From NCBI RefSeq assembly GCF_000002075.1, contig NW_004797880.1, forward strand, positions 372,124 to 436,123: 64,000 bases of DNA. Reading direction: 5' to 3'. The position numbers and the translations under genes were made by a program. The stretch comes from Aplysia californica. Its lineage: Eukaryota. The notes beneath the pieces were generated by a model. It ran no database searches. It had not been told where the DNA came from and saw nothing but the letters and a program-made list of their open reading frames with translations. Below are positions 14,601-27,400 of this stretch, one piece after another (position 1 is the first letter of the stretch; every line of letters starts with the position of its first letter).

Positions 14601-17600
14601 CCTGAGCAGCCGACGAAGAACCCTCATGCGACGGATCCAAAGAATCTTTGTAGGCATACGAGCATTTGCTGTACCTGTAAAGTTAAAAAGCAGGCATTTC
14701 AGAAACTTTTATTGTTGTGACTGGACTGAAGTAAGTGAGTGACAATAATCTTTCAATTTGCAGTCAACTCTCGTTCATTGCAAAGAACTAATCACAGCAA
14801 ATTCTTCACACTGTAAGGCAACAAGCTGCCTGCCAGCATCCCCCCCTCCCCTCTTTTTGGCATATACATGATGTCAATTATATTGAACTTTACCTGCGAA
14901 GAGAGTACTTTTAGTTTTTGACTTCAAACAATAAGCTGACTATCCCTTCATACATACATGAAGTAAAAAAAACAAAAAAACAACAACCATACAGTAAAGA
15001 CCTTTTGACCTTTGCCTGAATAATGACAACTAATCTCTTTCACCGTCGTGTATAATATATTTTCCAAGACGTGGGGAACAGCACAGTTCATTTTTTAGAA
15101 ATTAATAAAAGAAGAAAGCACAAACATTGTAATACAGTCAAAACAGTCCGATCGACAACTTATTAAAGACAATCACACGTACAAATATCTACTTCTCATT
15201 TCTGTTTCTAAACATTACAACGGCACTGTCCAAGACGTCAACCTGTGTAAGACAAATTACTTTCCTTCTTGACAGTGAGTGGCAATAGTGGACAAGTCCA
15301 GCTATTTAAAAAACCAACAACACAGGTCTTTCAAGTTAGGCTATCCATCTTTGCAATGTACAACAAAATAAAACAAGAAAAGTGCAATGCAACCTACCCT
15401 TTCTCTTTCCATGGCCCATGTGACGACCTTTGCGGCGAGCCTCAGCATTCTTGCGAACCCTGGCGCGGGAGTGTACCTTCACAGGCTTACGGATGATCAG
15501 ACCATCTTTCACCAGCTTCCTGATGTTCTGACCTGCAGATGAATCATTCAGGTTTCATAAATGAACTTCTCTTTCAGCTTAAAATTAAAGTCAAACATCA
15601 CTTGTAACGAATTAAAAAAGGGGCAAATCCCCCACACGACAAGAGATTTCAAGATGAAAAAGACTACTCCTAATGTAATGAGCATTGAGCATTTTTTAGA
15701 ACATGGAAATGCGCAGCATAAATGCTACATTATTATCATTATTAATCACATCCCACGAACTACATATGTTCCTGCATTACATTCAGGGGGCTTGTGCTTT
15801 CTATCAATGCCAACCCGCCTTGCGAGCGCACAAAAACTGGTCACATGTAAACTGTATAATTGTTCAAATTTTCCGAACACAACAACATTGGAGCATTATT
15901 TCAAAAGAATACCTCAAACCCTGGTGAAACATTTCTGACATGTTTGTAATTTTCTGGTGTTTTACTGAACCGGGATATATTTTATGCAAATTAGTTGTAG
16001 TAAATACAATTCCATTTGAATTTTACTGAAAAACATTTATTAAAGATGCAAAATATGTCATTTTTCAGTTTTCAAGGACTCTTTACCCATTGAAGTTATG
16101 AAACAAACTTTGGCGTTCATTTTCTCGCTAATTTCACCATTGGAACCAGGCAACCTCACCACCTTCAATCCCAAATGTTTTGATTTCTATTTAAGACAGA
16201 TGAATATTTTTTCCATTGAAAGCAAAACAAATAAGCTTTCAGATGATACCAATAACTCCACATACCCAAAAATTGACGAGTGTCCCATTTCACAGTGTCG
16301 TGACATATTATCTTAGAGGTGAGCTTCCCCAACCCAGGCTGAGAGGGATACAAAATCTCAGAAGAAAGACAGACATGCAATAAAAATTCTCCCCACACTA
16401 AATGCAATTTGGGCCTACTATGTGCGACAGCGAACCGCTAAACTGCTACACCCTCATACTTAACTCCTAAAAATAAAACAAAACATGACTTACGTGAATT
16501 GGCGTTGGCAATTTCATTAGTTTCATTGGGATCCAACCAAATTTTGTTTTTCCCACATTTGAGCACCTTCGAAGCGAGGCGCTTCTGAAGGCGAAGGGTA
16601 CTGAAAAACATCACAAGAAACCACAATAAGAACAAGCAGTGATAATAATAATATGCTTACCAAAGGGCAGTAGCTCTGCTTCAGAATCCTGCTCTAAAAA
16701 CTAGTTATGGGGCAAAAATCAGTCTCCAAAACCCTTGATTATGTTACAAACTGCCCGCTGCAACACATAAATGAAATGTATTTTCAGATCATTTACCACA
16801 AGTCTTGAATACGTTACAAATTTATACAAATAAACCTGGGTCGTTTCATATCATTACCCATAAGTTGTAGAAACAGAGACTTCGAACACAAAACAGGGCT
16901 AATAACAAAAAAGAATACCAGTCTCTTAGCCTATTTTTCCTTCTTTATTTCTGACAGTTCAAAAAACATATCTGTAAGCTTAACTTCTATTTCTAACCTG
17001 AAAAAAATTTCGAAGGTATGTCTACTAAATCTTCACAAGTGACCCTCAAGTAACACAAATCATTGAGTCTTACACGCTTCAAGATAAGCGAAAAAAAAAA
17101 AAGAAACTGGCATGAGAACACTTGTGCATTGATGGTGGGCCAGAGAGAGAGGCATCGCCAGTGTATTGCTTGGGTAAATTTATCACACAGTAGGCCTGCA
17201 CACTGTGTATAATGCATAGTGTATAGGCTAGTGAAGCAAGGATACGCGTACGTCTGTCACATGAACTTAAGTTGGTCATGGCCTGTGACTCTGCAAAGTT
17301 AGTACATAGAGCCTGCAAGTGGTTTGTTCATGAATTGGCATTGGCATTGGCATTGATTGGGCTTTCTCTCCCCTAGATTAGTTCCTCAGAGCACAGAACT
17401 GTGTACCCATCTTTATATACTCTTTTATTTTGTCTGTTCCGAGTGACCACTCAGCAGATTTAATTAAGTAAGTGAGCTGACAATGTCCAGGAGAAAAAAC
17501 AATGCTTACAGATTGCAGCCGAAATTGTTACTGCAAAAGGTAGAGCTAGATGGGAAAAAAACTTTCAAAAAGTAAAATTTGCTGGAAGCATGGCATTCCC

Positions 17601-18019
17601 AACTCTAGAATGGTTTTGCTCAAGTGCGGCTATGTCGACCACGTGGCTAGTCTGAGCGTTAATTGATAATTAAGGTTCATTTCGTTTCTACGAGGCTAGT
17701 CTGAGCGTAAATTGATAATTAAGGTTCATCTCGTTTTCCCGCCGTTGCCCAACTAAAGGGCGTTCTGTTCTTTATCCGAGTCTTGAGTATTTACTCCAAG
17801 CCATGAGGACACCTTTGACCCCAGAAAGATCGACAAGCATCTACTCCCCCCCCCCCCCAACCTTTGTTCTTTGCTTAAAAATAAACAATGCTACGTCATT
17901 TCCTAAGAATCAGCAATGCTATTTCTAAGTTGTGGGCTTTCAATGTCAAGGCTCATTTATTATCTGGGTCATTGCCTGACCTCCATATCACTCGCTTGTG
18001 TCTATGATTGAGTCTGAGT

Positions 18020-18060
<41 letters not shown>

Positions 18061-20506
18061 CCACGTCGCCGAAAGGAGAAAATTGCATCTTGTAGAAACG
18101 CGGCTACCCGCTCAATATCATAGGACAAACCATGGCCTTCGATATGAACTGTTCCCCTGACCGTTATTGCTATTTATAAAAAGATGAATTATAATGAGGC
18201 ATTGCCTCGAAGTGGATATCTAGATCACCAAGTTACTACACTGCGGAAACCGAGGAATGCCGAACGTTCCCTAAGTAAAAATTAAGGATTGCATTTTCCG
18301 TAGCAATTTTGTTTTCTCCTTCCGGACTTCATTGAAAACCAATGGATTCTCTATTCTCCCATAATGTTCATAGCTGCCACTCAGAAATTTCAAAAAAGAA
18401 AATTCACGTGAAGGTGTACGTCCGATCTCCGAAGGCCGAAGTAAAACCAGTGAGATCCAGAGGCAATATATCGGAACATATAGCCTATGTTTTTGGAAGG
18501 GAAAAGTGTCATATTTGTTAACCATAGACTACTGAATTAAAATGTATTTGAAACCCCCCCCCCCACTAAAATACTAAGTTTACTTACAAGCATTTGACAC
18601 AGTTTGGTGACTAAAAATCCAGTTTTAGTTGGCAGCTGGAGTCTTATAAAAAATGTCCTTTTACTTTAAACTTGTGAATCGATGTAGAGCAGTATTGGAC
18701 CAAGGAGGCAAAACCTTTGCCACTATACTGAGCGATTTCTTTATCGCACCAAACGCAAAGTGAAGCAAGCGGCTTGTTCAATTTTCTCATAAACTTTTCA
18801 AGTCGCACACCGTCTGCTTCTTTCTCATTTCAGCTCTTATTTTTGCATTCTGCATCAATCTCTCTCGAATTTCCGCTGTTTTTAATAAAAACTCGGCGCG
18901 CAACGCCCCGATGCTCCATCGACACTGTTGCTCCTCAATAAACAATGTGTAACTAGCGCGATAGGCACAGAAGAACGGAAGTAGAAAGCTACGGGCGGAC
19001 ATGCGCAAGACATGTTTACATCTCACTCCCAGTTCGGTGTTTTCTGCCCCAAAAAAACAGTATCACAATTTGAGACCAAGAGCGGTCCAGATGAGGAATG
19101 AGGAGGAAAGCAGCGGGAAAAGCTAGATGAAGCGGAGTTTCCGCTATTTGGCGGAAAAGTGGCTGCTATGAATGTTGTGCTCTCCTTCTGTCCTGCATAA
19201 TATTCAGATGTTTTGGATTTTTTTATATGAAAGTGGGGTGGCACTGTTTCCTTAAGCCGGGAGCCGCGTGTGTGACAGAGGAGCTGAATAAGTAAAAATA
19301 TTCCACTCACAAATTTTATCCTATTATTCTAGGAATCTATCACCCAGTTATCCAGGAAGATTCCATTATAGAGCATGACCTCTTACAATGTGTAAACATC
19401 AATTTCATTGGCCAGACTAAGTGAGGCTATTCAAATATGCAAAATATAGGCCTATAACCTAGTTCAGCATGCTTCGGTAGCCGTGATGGCACAAGGCCAC
19501 TCTAGATTTAGAATCTACGATTACATTGCCATCAATTAGCCCATCTGTAGTTTGAGCAACTCTTTTTAACCCGACACTGCCAAACAAAAGAAAATTCGGA
19601 AGGACTAAGAAGCGACCACCCCAACAAACAAAAAAGAAGAGACCTAACCCTAACCCTGGATTCTATCCCTAACCCTCTATTCTGCTGTCTCATAGTGGTC
19701 GATCGTTACGGAAGTCCTCCAAAAAATCCAGTTCCCCTAAATTTCTAGAGATCTAGATCTAAGTTGACTCCAATGTAATTCATTTTCTCCCTACTCTGTT
19801 CTAGATCTACTGGACTCATCTGTCTGAATTGTGAATGTGAACAAGTGAACATGCCCAACAAAGTCTGCTTGAGAAAAGCATGACTCATAGTCATATTCAT
19901 ATTGCTAACTTATTATTTTAACATGGTTTTACTGTTTATAGCTAAGCTTTTCCTGTTCATCATCCTTTCAAAATAAAAATATGCCAATCCTCAAAACAAT
20001 CATCTTATTGATATAAGCCTGATCATCATGGAAGGACCATGACTTGCCATGACAGCACACCACACAAGACAACATGACATGATGGCGGCATGGACCTCAC
20101 CTCGCCATTCACGGGACGGTAATACACACAATCTTTGAACGTCCTATTTAGGAAACATAAAAGGTCAATTCAAAATCAGTGACAAAATCTGCGAAATGTT
20201 CTTTGCTGCCTCACAGAGCCATTTTAATCATTTACTTGGCCCGACGAAATTACACTTAGCAGAGCAACGACCGTGCCGCTCAGCCCCAGGCCCAGGTATG
20301 TTTCTCATGGTTATGCAAGAACAGACGGATTGGTTTCATCGAAGGCATTGATATTAGCGGTACCGTCTCCAATACAAGCACAAATCGTTCATAGAATGTT
20401 TATTGAGTTAAAAACAAACATTAAATAGATATATTATGCTGGCAAAATTATATAATAATCTAAAATTGAAAGATAAATTCACAAGGGAGAAGACAACAAA
20501 CCTCAT
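11559..20506 (-). CDS. RPL19: 60S ribosomal protein L19 (eL19), 6 coding exons: 20506-20502, 16600-16494, 15532-15398, 14674-14566, 13608-13498, 11673-11559; 582 nt, 193 aa
   Basis: Spliced translation [60 protein letters not shown]...GTANARMP...[31 protein letters not shown]...EEAKK* is clearly eL19; all introns GT-AG with matching phases. Confidence 0.97.
13498..13608 (-). CDS. RPL19: RPL19 coding exon 5
   Basis: (L)[36 protein letters not shown]; ggcag / gtatgt. Confidence 0.96.
13665..13970 (-). mobile_element. tRNA-derived CORE-like SINE in RPL19 intron 4
   Basis: Minus strand A-box-like AAGTGGTTAAG, B box GTTCGAATCC, then a GTCCTT..GGAAAGGCACT..CACTCAAGTG..GGGTATCTGGC core-like segment and the tail seen at 8650. 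Confidence 0.6.
14566..14674 (-). CDS. RPL19: RPL19 coding exon 4
   Basis: (G)[35 protein letters not shown]; ttacag / gtaagt. Confidence 0.97.
15398..15532 (-). CDS. RPL19: RPL19 coding exon 3
   Basis: (R)[44 protein letters not shown]; ctgcag / gtaggt. Confidence 0.97.
16494..16600 (-). CDS. RPL19: RPL19 coding exon 2
   Basis: (S)[35 protein letters not shown]; tttttcag acceptor, gtaagt donor. Confidence 0.97.
17646..17738. repeat. 49-bp tandem duplication
   Basis: GGCTAGTCTGAGCGT(T/A)AATTGATAATTAAGGTTCAT(T/C)TCGTTT x2. Confidence 0.85.
20502..20506 (-). CDS. RPL19: RPL19 coding exon 1 (ATG AG)
   Basis: Minus strand CACC ATG AG|gtttgt just downstream of a TOP tract; phase 2 matches exon 2. 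Confidence 0.88.
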
Positions 20507-20520
20507 GGTGAATGTGCTAC

Positions 20521-20536
20521 GGATAAAAAGGAAGTT
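20521..20536 (-). promoter_or_regulatory. TCT initiator / 5' terminal oligopyrimidine (TOP) tract of RPL19
   Basis: Minus strand AA-CTTCCTTTTTATCC about 28 nt upstream of the ATG, the canonical ribosomal-protein-gene start. Confidence 0.82.
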
Positions 20537-22380
20537 ACTCCGCTTTTGAGTGCTGAGGCTCACTTGTCTACGCAAAGCTAGTTCTCAAAAATGTGCCAAA
20601 ATTATAAGTTTTGGGAAAAGAAAGACAACTGAAATATTCAAATTCAATGAATAAAGCAAATATTATTCCTCTGATTTCAATAAATAATTTACAAACGAAT
20701 GATCATAATGAGTTGTATTTATTCGCAATATACTCAAATAACCGCAAAATACCGAAAAGAAGGGTTAAAACGAAAAACGACGAGGCCCAACGGATGATAA
20801 CTCTGTTCTGTGTTCTGTAGATCTAGAGGCCCCTATTGGTAATGGTTGTTGGATTTCTTCCCCTTCCAAAGAGAAGAAACTCCCGATCTAGAACTAGAAA
20901 TTAATAAACGATTCCAAAAACAAATACATTGTACATGTACATGTAGTTTATTATGTATTCAGAAATTTAGAATTTATGATCCAGAAAGAATTAGGCCATT
21001 CTTTAGGAATTGGGTGTAGTGTTTAGGGTGAAAAAAAAAGGTATGGTTAGGCTAATGATNNNNNNNNNNNNNNNNNNNNNNNNNNNNNNNNNNNNNNNNN
21101 NNNNNNNNNNNNNNNNNNNNNNNNNNNNNNNNNNNNNNNNNNNNNNNNNNNNNNNNNNNNNNNNNNNNNNNNNNNNNNNNNNNNNNNNNNNNNNNCTTTT
21201 AAGTTGAACGTAAGCGTGAGAAAACTAAACAGTTATAACAGCTAGTCCACTCCCTCAAAAAGGCGGGAAAACAACAGTTAATTAGGCTAATTCACGGCTA
21301 ACTAGGGCTAATTCTTTGCATGTGACATGTCCTCAGAATCCCAAAACTCTCGTGCAATGACGATATTGGGCCATTAAAGTTAATTTTCAGTGAGCAATTG
21401 ATAAGCTTAGCGTTCTAACCCTCATGTTAGTATGTAAGTATGTTAGTGAAGGAACACATACATGTACACACTAATTATATATGGATGGCGGGATCTATCC
21501 ATTAGACGTAGGCTGTAATTAATTTAGTTAGTAATATAATATACTTCTGTAATGTTTAATGATATCACTTAGCGACGATCCCGCTTCAACGGCACAGAGG
21601 GCACTTATTATTTTGGTTAAAGATAGGATCTGGTTAAAATGCCATCAATGATGAATATATTGGGCTTTGAAAGTTAATTTTCAAAAAAAGATTTGACATG
21701 CGAGATCAGGTGCTTATATTTTGTAACTCGTTGAACTTTAACATGTTACATATAATACCCAAAATTGATTTAGGGTAATGATATTTGAAACGTGTCTTTA
21801 CAAGTAAACGCCGTCCCCTTTCTGGTCTCCAATCAGTAATCGTTACTGTATGTAAAACGCCTGATATAAAACGTGCCATTAACGAATTACAAAGTGCGCC
21901 TCTGAACTTTGCATGCACATCATAATAAAGGCCTACGTCCTGTTGTTCATAAGAAAATTGTGCACAAAAGGTAATCGTTTTGATGGACCATATAGAGAGG
22001 TTCGCGCTATAGTTTAGTGACCTCTTTCGCATTACACCCGCAAATTCGTTTTCAGAATTTAAAATGATAACCCAGGTGTTATCTAAGAAAGCAGAAAATA
22101 ATTAGTTATACGTGTTTGACGTATATCATTTCAGATGCACCCTTATATTTACCCCAAGGGAATGTACATAAACGCAATTAAGCACCTATATATAGTTTGT
22201 ATTTTTACAAAATGTAGTTTAATGATATTACAGGGCCTACAATTTTGTTTGGTTTGGTAATAGTACAGCGTTTTCATCTACCTGTATGAGGTCATGTGAG
22301 CGCTCGAGCTTGACATAGAATTCTTATTCTAACCAATATAAAAGACCAACAAAAATATAGGCCTACAAATTAAAGTTCAA

Positions 22381-23310
22381 GGGGCTCTCGTGACCTAGAG
22401 GTCAAGGAGTTCGCCTCAGGTCCCGAGTTCGAATCCGGATAGGCCTAGCGGCGGTAATTTTTCTTCTCTAAAATTGTCTAGTTTCACCTCCTTTCTCTAG
22501 CAATGTTTTGTCGTTGCCTTCGTCTCCACTTTCTGCCCCCACCCCTTTGCCCCCCTCCTCTGGGCTCATGACTCTTTCTGCAGCCTTTCTAGTGCTACTC
22601 CTTGGCTCTTTCTACTGCTGTCTTTCAGCCACTCCCCTGATATCTTAAGGCAGGATTTTAAAGATCTAAACATAGCATTCTCGGACAAGGCGAAAAAGCT
22701 CGGATGGAGGTCTCGTGTGCAGTTTGCGCACGTTAAATATCCCTATTGGAGGTTCAAAATCGTTAAGAGTATACTTCGCCGCCACCCGGGCAAAATTCAA
22801 AATTTCCTATCAACTGAAAATGTTGGGTGTGTCCCATGCGCTCCTATGCTGACCTTAAATGGGGGCTCTCGTTGTCTTGAGGCTTGAGGTTAAGGTGTTC
22901 ACCTGGCTCATTTAATGGCTCTGGGTTCGAATCCGGGTAGCAACGGAAACATGTTCTTTCTAAAATTGTCTCCTTTCGCCTTCTTTCCTTTTCTCTTGCA
23001 CTAGATTCTATTCTGTCGTCAGCTTTCGTCTTCACTTTCTCTCCCCCCACCCCCTCACATCCTGTGCCCCCCTCCACTGGGCTAGCTCCTGACTCTTTCT
23101 GAAACCTTTCTACAATGGCGAAAAGACTCAGTGGTCACGTGTGCAAGTTGTGAACGTAAATATCCCTTTGGTGGTCCATACTCGATAAGAGTTGGCTTCG
23201 GCCTCCACCCAGGCAAAATTCAAAATTTCCAAACAATTGAAAATGTGAAGTGTGTCCCGCGAGCTCATCTATGACCTTATGCAGTAGTGAGCGCTTTAAA
23301 ACACTTATAT
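22381..23310 (+). mobile_element. Two head-to-tail tRNA-derived SINEs (family B; ~22381-22859 and ~22860-23310); inverted copy at ~29270-29580, tail fragments at ~27447-27510 and ~58400-58450
   Basis: Each starts GGGGCTCTCG with an A-box-like segment and B box GTTCGAATCC; central CGTGTGCAG..GCACGTTAAATATCCC..GG(A/T)GGT segment resembles the Meta-SINE domain (from memory). Confidence 0.75.
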
Positions 23311-24149
23311 ACCCCCCCCCTGTTCTATGTCAAAGCAAAAGGTGCTGTTACCCCCCCCTCCCCCCTTATTTATTTCTGCTGCCCTTGCACGCCCTTCTCA
23401 CATTGCCGGACCAAGTAAATAAAGCATCGAAGCGAAAATAACAAATTGGGCATCAGGCCCTCAAATTTACCGTACACAGATTTGGACACAATCGTTTTAC
23501 CAAATCGCTATTAATTACATGTAATAAGATTTCTCCCTTAAACTGTATTACTTGTACACAGTATCATAATAATTGCGTTATTTTTTTAAAAAGTTGTTGT
23601 TTGTGTCGACTGCCCCCCCCCCCCCCTTCCCCCTCCAGCAGGACCATAGACCTATTATATTTTTCTCTACGACTGTGCAATGAATAGACATACCGAAGTG
23701 CGGGCTTGTCTATTAATATGGTGAATGGGAAATTTTCAAAAAATGATTGTGATGAGCCTTTTACCCGATGTTTATTTTAAAAACAATATTTAAAAAAAAT
23801 AGTGCTAAAACTGCAAACGTTAACCGTAGGGCCTTTGGTCTACACGCGCTTAGCGCTACTTAAGCGCTTTCAATAGAACCCTGCGTATCCCAAAATCAAC
23901 AGGACGGAGTTATACGTTTTAGAAAGAAATTGGTAGGCATTTTACATAACAACGGCAGCAACTTTCCGCCCCGTTGGCTCAAAGCAATTTTAAGCGCGCT
24001 CTGACGACAAAAGTTTTAGCTTTGATAAACCAAACATTTCTGCGTTTCTACATGAATTTCTTAATGATTCCCACTCATTAATTAATTAATCAGATCTAGA
24101 TCTACATGTTCTTATCCATTGAACAAATGTTCTTTTCAACATGGTACCA

Positions 24150-24436
24150 CCGCGATAGGATTCAGGCCCAGGCTAGCCTAGCCTAGGCTACGCAGTGCAA
24201 GCTCGGCTTTCTTGCCAGCCAAGGCTTGGCCCAGGCCCGCCGAGGCTATTCGCCCAGGGAGCGTTACCCAGAAGACACTGCGTGCGTGACCCACATTTGA
24301 ACAGCGAGTCCAGAGAGGAAGTAGCCAAAGACATGAATCAAAATGGCGTAAGGCTCCAGTTGGATACCCTTTGTCATTGATAGCGAACGTTTAATTCCAA
24401 TTTTCTGTGATTTCGGTGACCAGGAAACCAATTTCA
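24150..24436 (+). promoter_or_regulatory. Putative Argonaute promoter / 5'UTR
   Basis: CpG-rich stretch with ETS-like GAGGAAGT (~24315) and YY1-like AAAATGGCG (~24340) upstream of the in-frame ATG. Confidence 0.5.
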
Positions 24437-24455
24437 ATGTTTCCTATGCAACCAG
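24437..24455 (+). CDS. AGO2: Argonaute exon 1 coding part (MFPMQP-G)
   Basis: ATG TTT CCT ATG CAA CCA G|gtatgc, phase 1, downstream of a GC-rich promoter-like region; joins exon 2 in frame. Confidence 0.7.
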
Positions 24456-27400
24456 GTATGCTACTGAACTCACAGGACTGCGGGTTTTTTTGATAAGTAG
24501 ACTATTTATGTTTAATTTGTTCTCACACTAAAAATGCACAGGCACAGACGTGTGCTTTTTCGCATCTCTTTCTCTGCTGAGGGATGTGACTGGTTTCATG
24601 ATTCATGTTACAACACATTGATATATTTGAACAGTTCCTGTTACTGTTAATTCGTAGTCTTTGCGTTAAGCGGGTATGTTACATTGATTTAAAGAGTAAA
24701 CATCATATTCAAAGTGAACTGAATGTGATCGTAAAAACTGCGTGCACCAAAACAATGAATTCAACACAGCCAGGGCCAGGGCATGCCCCACCAAATAATA
24801 ACAAACACATGTGTTGGCCTGTGTCATAACAATCCTTTGTGTTGAGAACGAATGAAAAAAACACATGAAGCTACAGCGAGCGGCTGAGCACCTAGCACAC
24901 CTCTGTGATTGCTCAAATATAGATTTAGATCTAGAATCTAATCTAGAATCTAGATTCTAGATCTAGATCTAGATATCGTAGGCGTAGGTTAGCTAGATTC
25001 TAGACTATCTAGATTCTAGATCTAGATAGAACATTTCCACCATCTATTTTTGTAGTCCGCCGAGGCTTCCCTCACCAGTTGACTAGATCTGTAGATCTCA
25101 CTGTGGCAGGGCCGCTTAGCACGTGATGGGCTACATCACTAGGTTTCATCGCCGACTGCTAAGGCACTAAGACTAAGGCTATGTATGTGTGTGTGTGCGC
25201 GAGCTTGACTTTAGATATCTATGTGTGTGTGTGCGTGTGTGTTTGTTTGTGTGTGCGCACACACGTGTACGTGTGCGCAGTATCTTTGTGTGTGTGCACA
25301 ACTTTGAGGAGAAGGTAAATTTATGGAACGACAATTGCTGAGATTGTTTAAAAGATGGTAGCGTTAATTGCCACCGAGTGACGCGGTGTCAAGTCTGAAA
25401 ACAACACTATCTTTAGCATATAGATCTAATGTGTGTCTAATGGGTCAATTTGTTCTCAACTAATTTTATTGGACGAGCATCTAGAATCTAGAAATCTAGA
25501 TCTAGTCTAGAGCTACGGTACCAACTTGGCGTGTTTTCAATGAGACGTAGGCCTAGATCCAGGCTAGCCTTAGCCTACACTTTGGTGTAGAACCAACACA
25601 GGCAATTCTAGAAGTAGAAGGTCACAAACGCACGCTAACTCAAGCAGAAATTCACGTTATATCGGGGAACATAAATCGGGGGACGGGGGTCAGGAAAAGA
25701 TATGCACACACACACAGAGGGACAGAGAAGCAAACGCACAACACCGAGCACTCGAGCACAATAAGCTAGATCTACACACCAAAGCAAAAGAGCTCCAATT
25801 TACTCGGTGGCAATGGACAAAAAGTCAATCTTTGTCAATTGCCACCGCGTCACTCGGTGGCAATTGACACTACCTTAAAAGATATTACAAAAACAGTGAG
25901 ATCTAGATTTCTAGTCAACCTTTACTGGCGAGGGAAACCCAAAAGTCTTGGGGGAAACCCCGGGAAGACGACAAAAATGGATCGGCAGAAATACATCATC
26001 TATATTTGGGCCAATCACAAAGTTGTCCTAGGGTTTTTTGTTTACATGGAGTTTTGTGTTTTGCCTGGGGTGACTAAATGCGAAATAGGTTACTGCCTAG
26101 GTCGAGCAGTCCTGTTTTCTGGCAGTACCTTGAAGGCATCTTCAAATGAAGTATCTGAATATGCTGACATTTTAAAAATCTCTAGGTTTAGATTCTAGTT
26201 CTAGAAATTGAATTCGATGCAAAGAAATGCTGGTATTTTTTTACTTTCCCTCCCGTCTCACACTTAGCTACCAGTTGTCCATTTACAACTAAATATTGAT
26301 GCGCTGAACATGAATATCAACTTCATTTCCGTCGCAAATTAATAGTTGAAATATTTGATCTGTTCTTAATCGAGATAGACGTGCTTTGGACCAATCGGGG
26401 GGTTCCAAAAAGAAAATCTGGGGGGTCTGCAGTTTGAACCCAGAAGCAGTGCATCTGTGTGCGGGAGTGAAAGTAAAAATTTACCAAAATGCTTCTTCCC
26501 GATCATCGCAGAAGGGCAGAATGAAAGATGACGCCTAAATCTAGCAAAATAACAACAAAAATCTCGAGAACGGAAACCGCTAGGAGAAATAGAGATGAAG
26601 TTTATTTTCCCGAGCGTTCGGAGAAATTATAGTCACTTCGTAATTTTAAATACAAACTGCAATGAATGTAAATAGGTTGTTGATCTTTCTTGTGGATTTT
26701 ATCGACTGAAGGATTTTTTAACAGTTGTAGGTTTTGATAAAACAACAATGAATTGATGAACTGATTGCTGCAACTTATACTTTTATGCTCCGACGAACAC
26801 GCAAGCTTCGAGGCATGCCAAGTGCCTGCTTGTAGTGTCCAGTTTGTAAATAGCAATAGTTAATGTGCTGATACGAAGTACAAAGATGAGCTACTAACTT
26901 TTTAAAAGTTATCGTAATATGTGAACTAGAGGGCCGTAGGCATACCCACTTTTTACTTTCACCTCTGACTAGGCCTCTGTCACACAGCGCTAGCAAAAAA
27001 TGGCTTATCAACTCAAATTCAAAGTTGTTCCAAAATTCAAAATACAGCTAGCCTTTTATTTTGTTTGATGATACTATACTAATACTATTATACTATAGCC
27101 TATACTATCTGTCTTTAAGTAAAATCAAAACAAAATTGCGCTGGCAGTCACCAAAGAAATATGCATAGAGCGAATTTACCAATCAATTAGTGACAAATAA
27201 TCTTTAAAAGTTTTTTTCCATTTCGTCTCAAAAGTAGCAAAAATTAAATGGTGTGCCATTTTGCTTTATAGTGGATATGCTCAGCAGACTCACTCTACTG
27301 AGTCAGAGGATTATTGTATTTGTAGTCATTGAAAACACCAAATTTGACATCAGGTTCCTATCTGCTGCTATCTTCTGCAAATTACGGTCATACTAAAATG

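Noticed and set aside
11674-20501. Intronic C/D snoRNAs in RPL19 (C-box-like motifs at ~11953 and ~20023, minus strand)
   Set aside because: No suitably spaced D box or terminal stem found by eye; H/ACA RNAs would need a covariance search
22381-22445. tRNA genes here and at 22860, 52822, 59275, 13900
   Set aside because: A/B boxes are present but there is no complete cloverleaf, and each continues into a repeated body, so these are SINE heads
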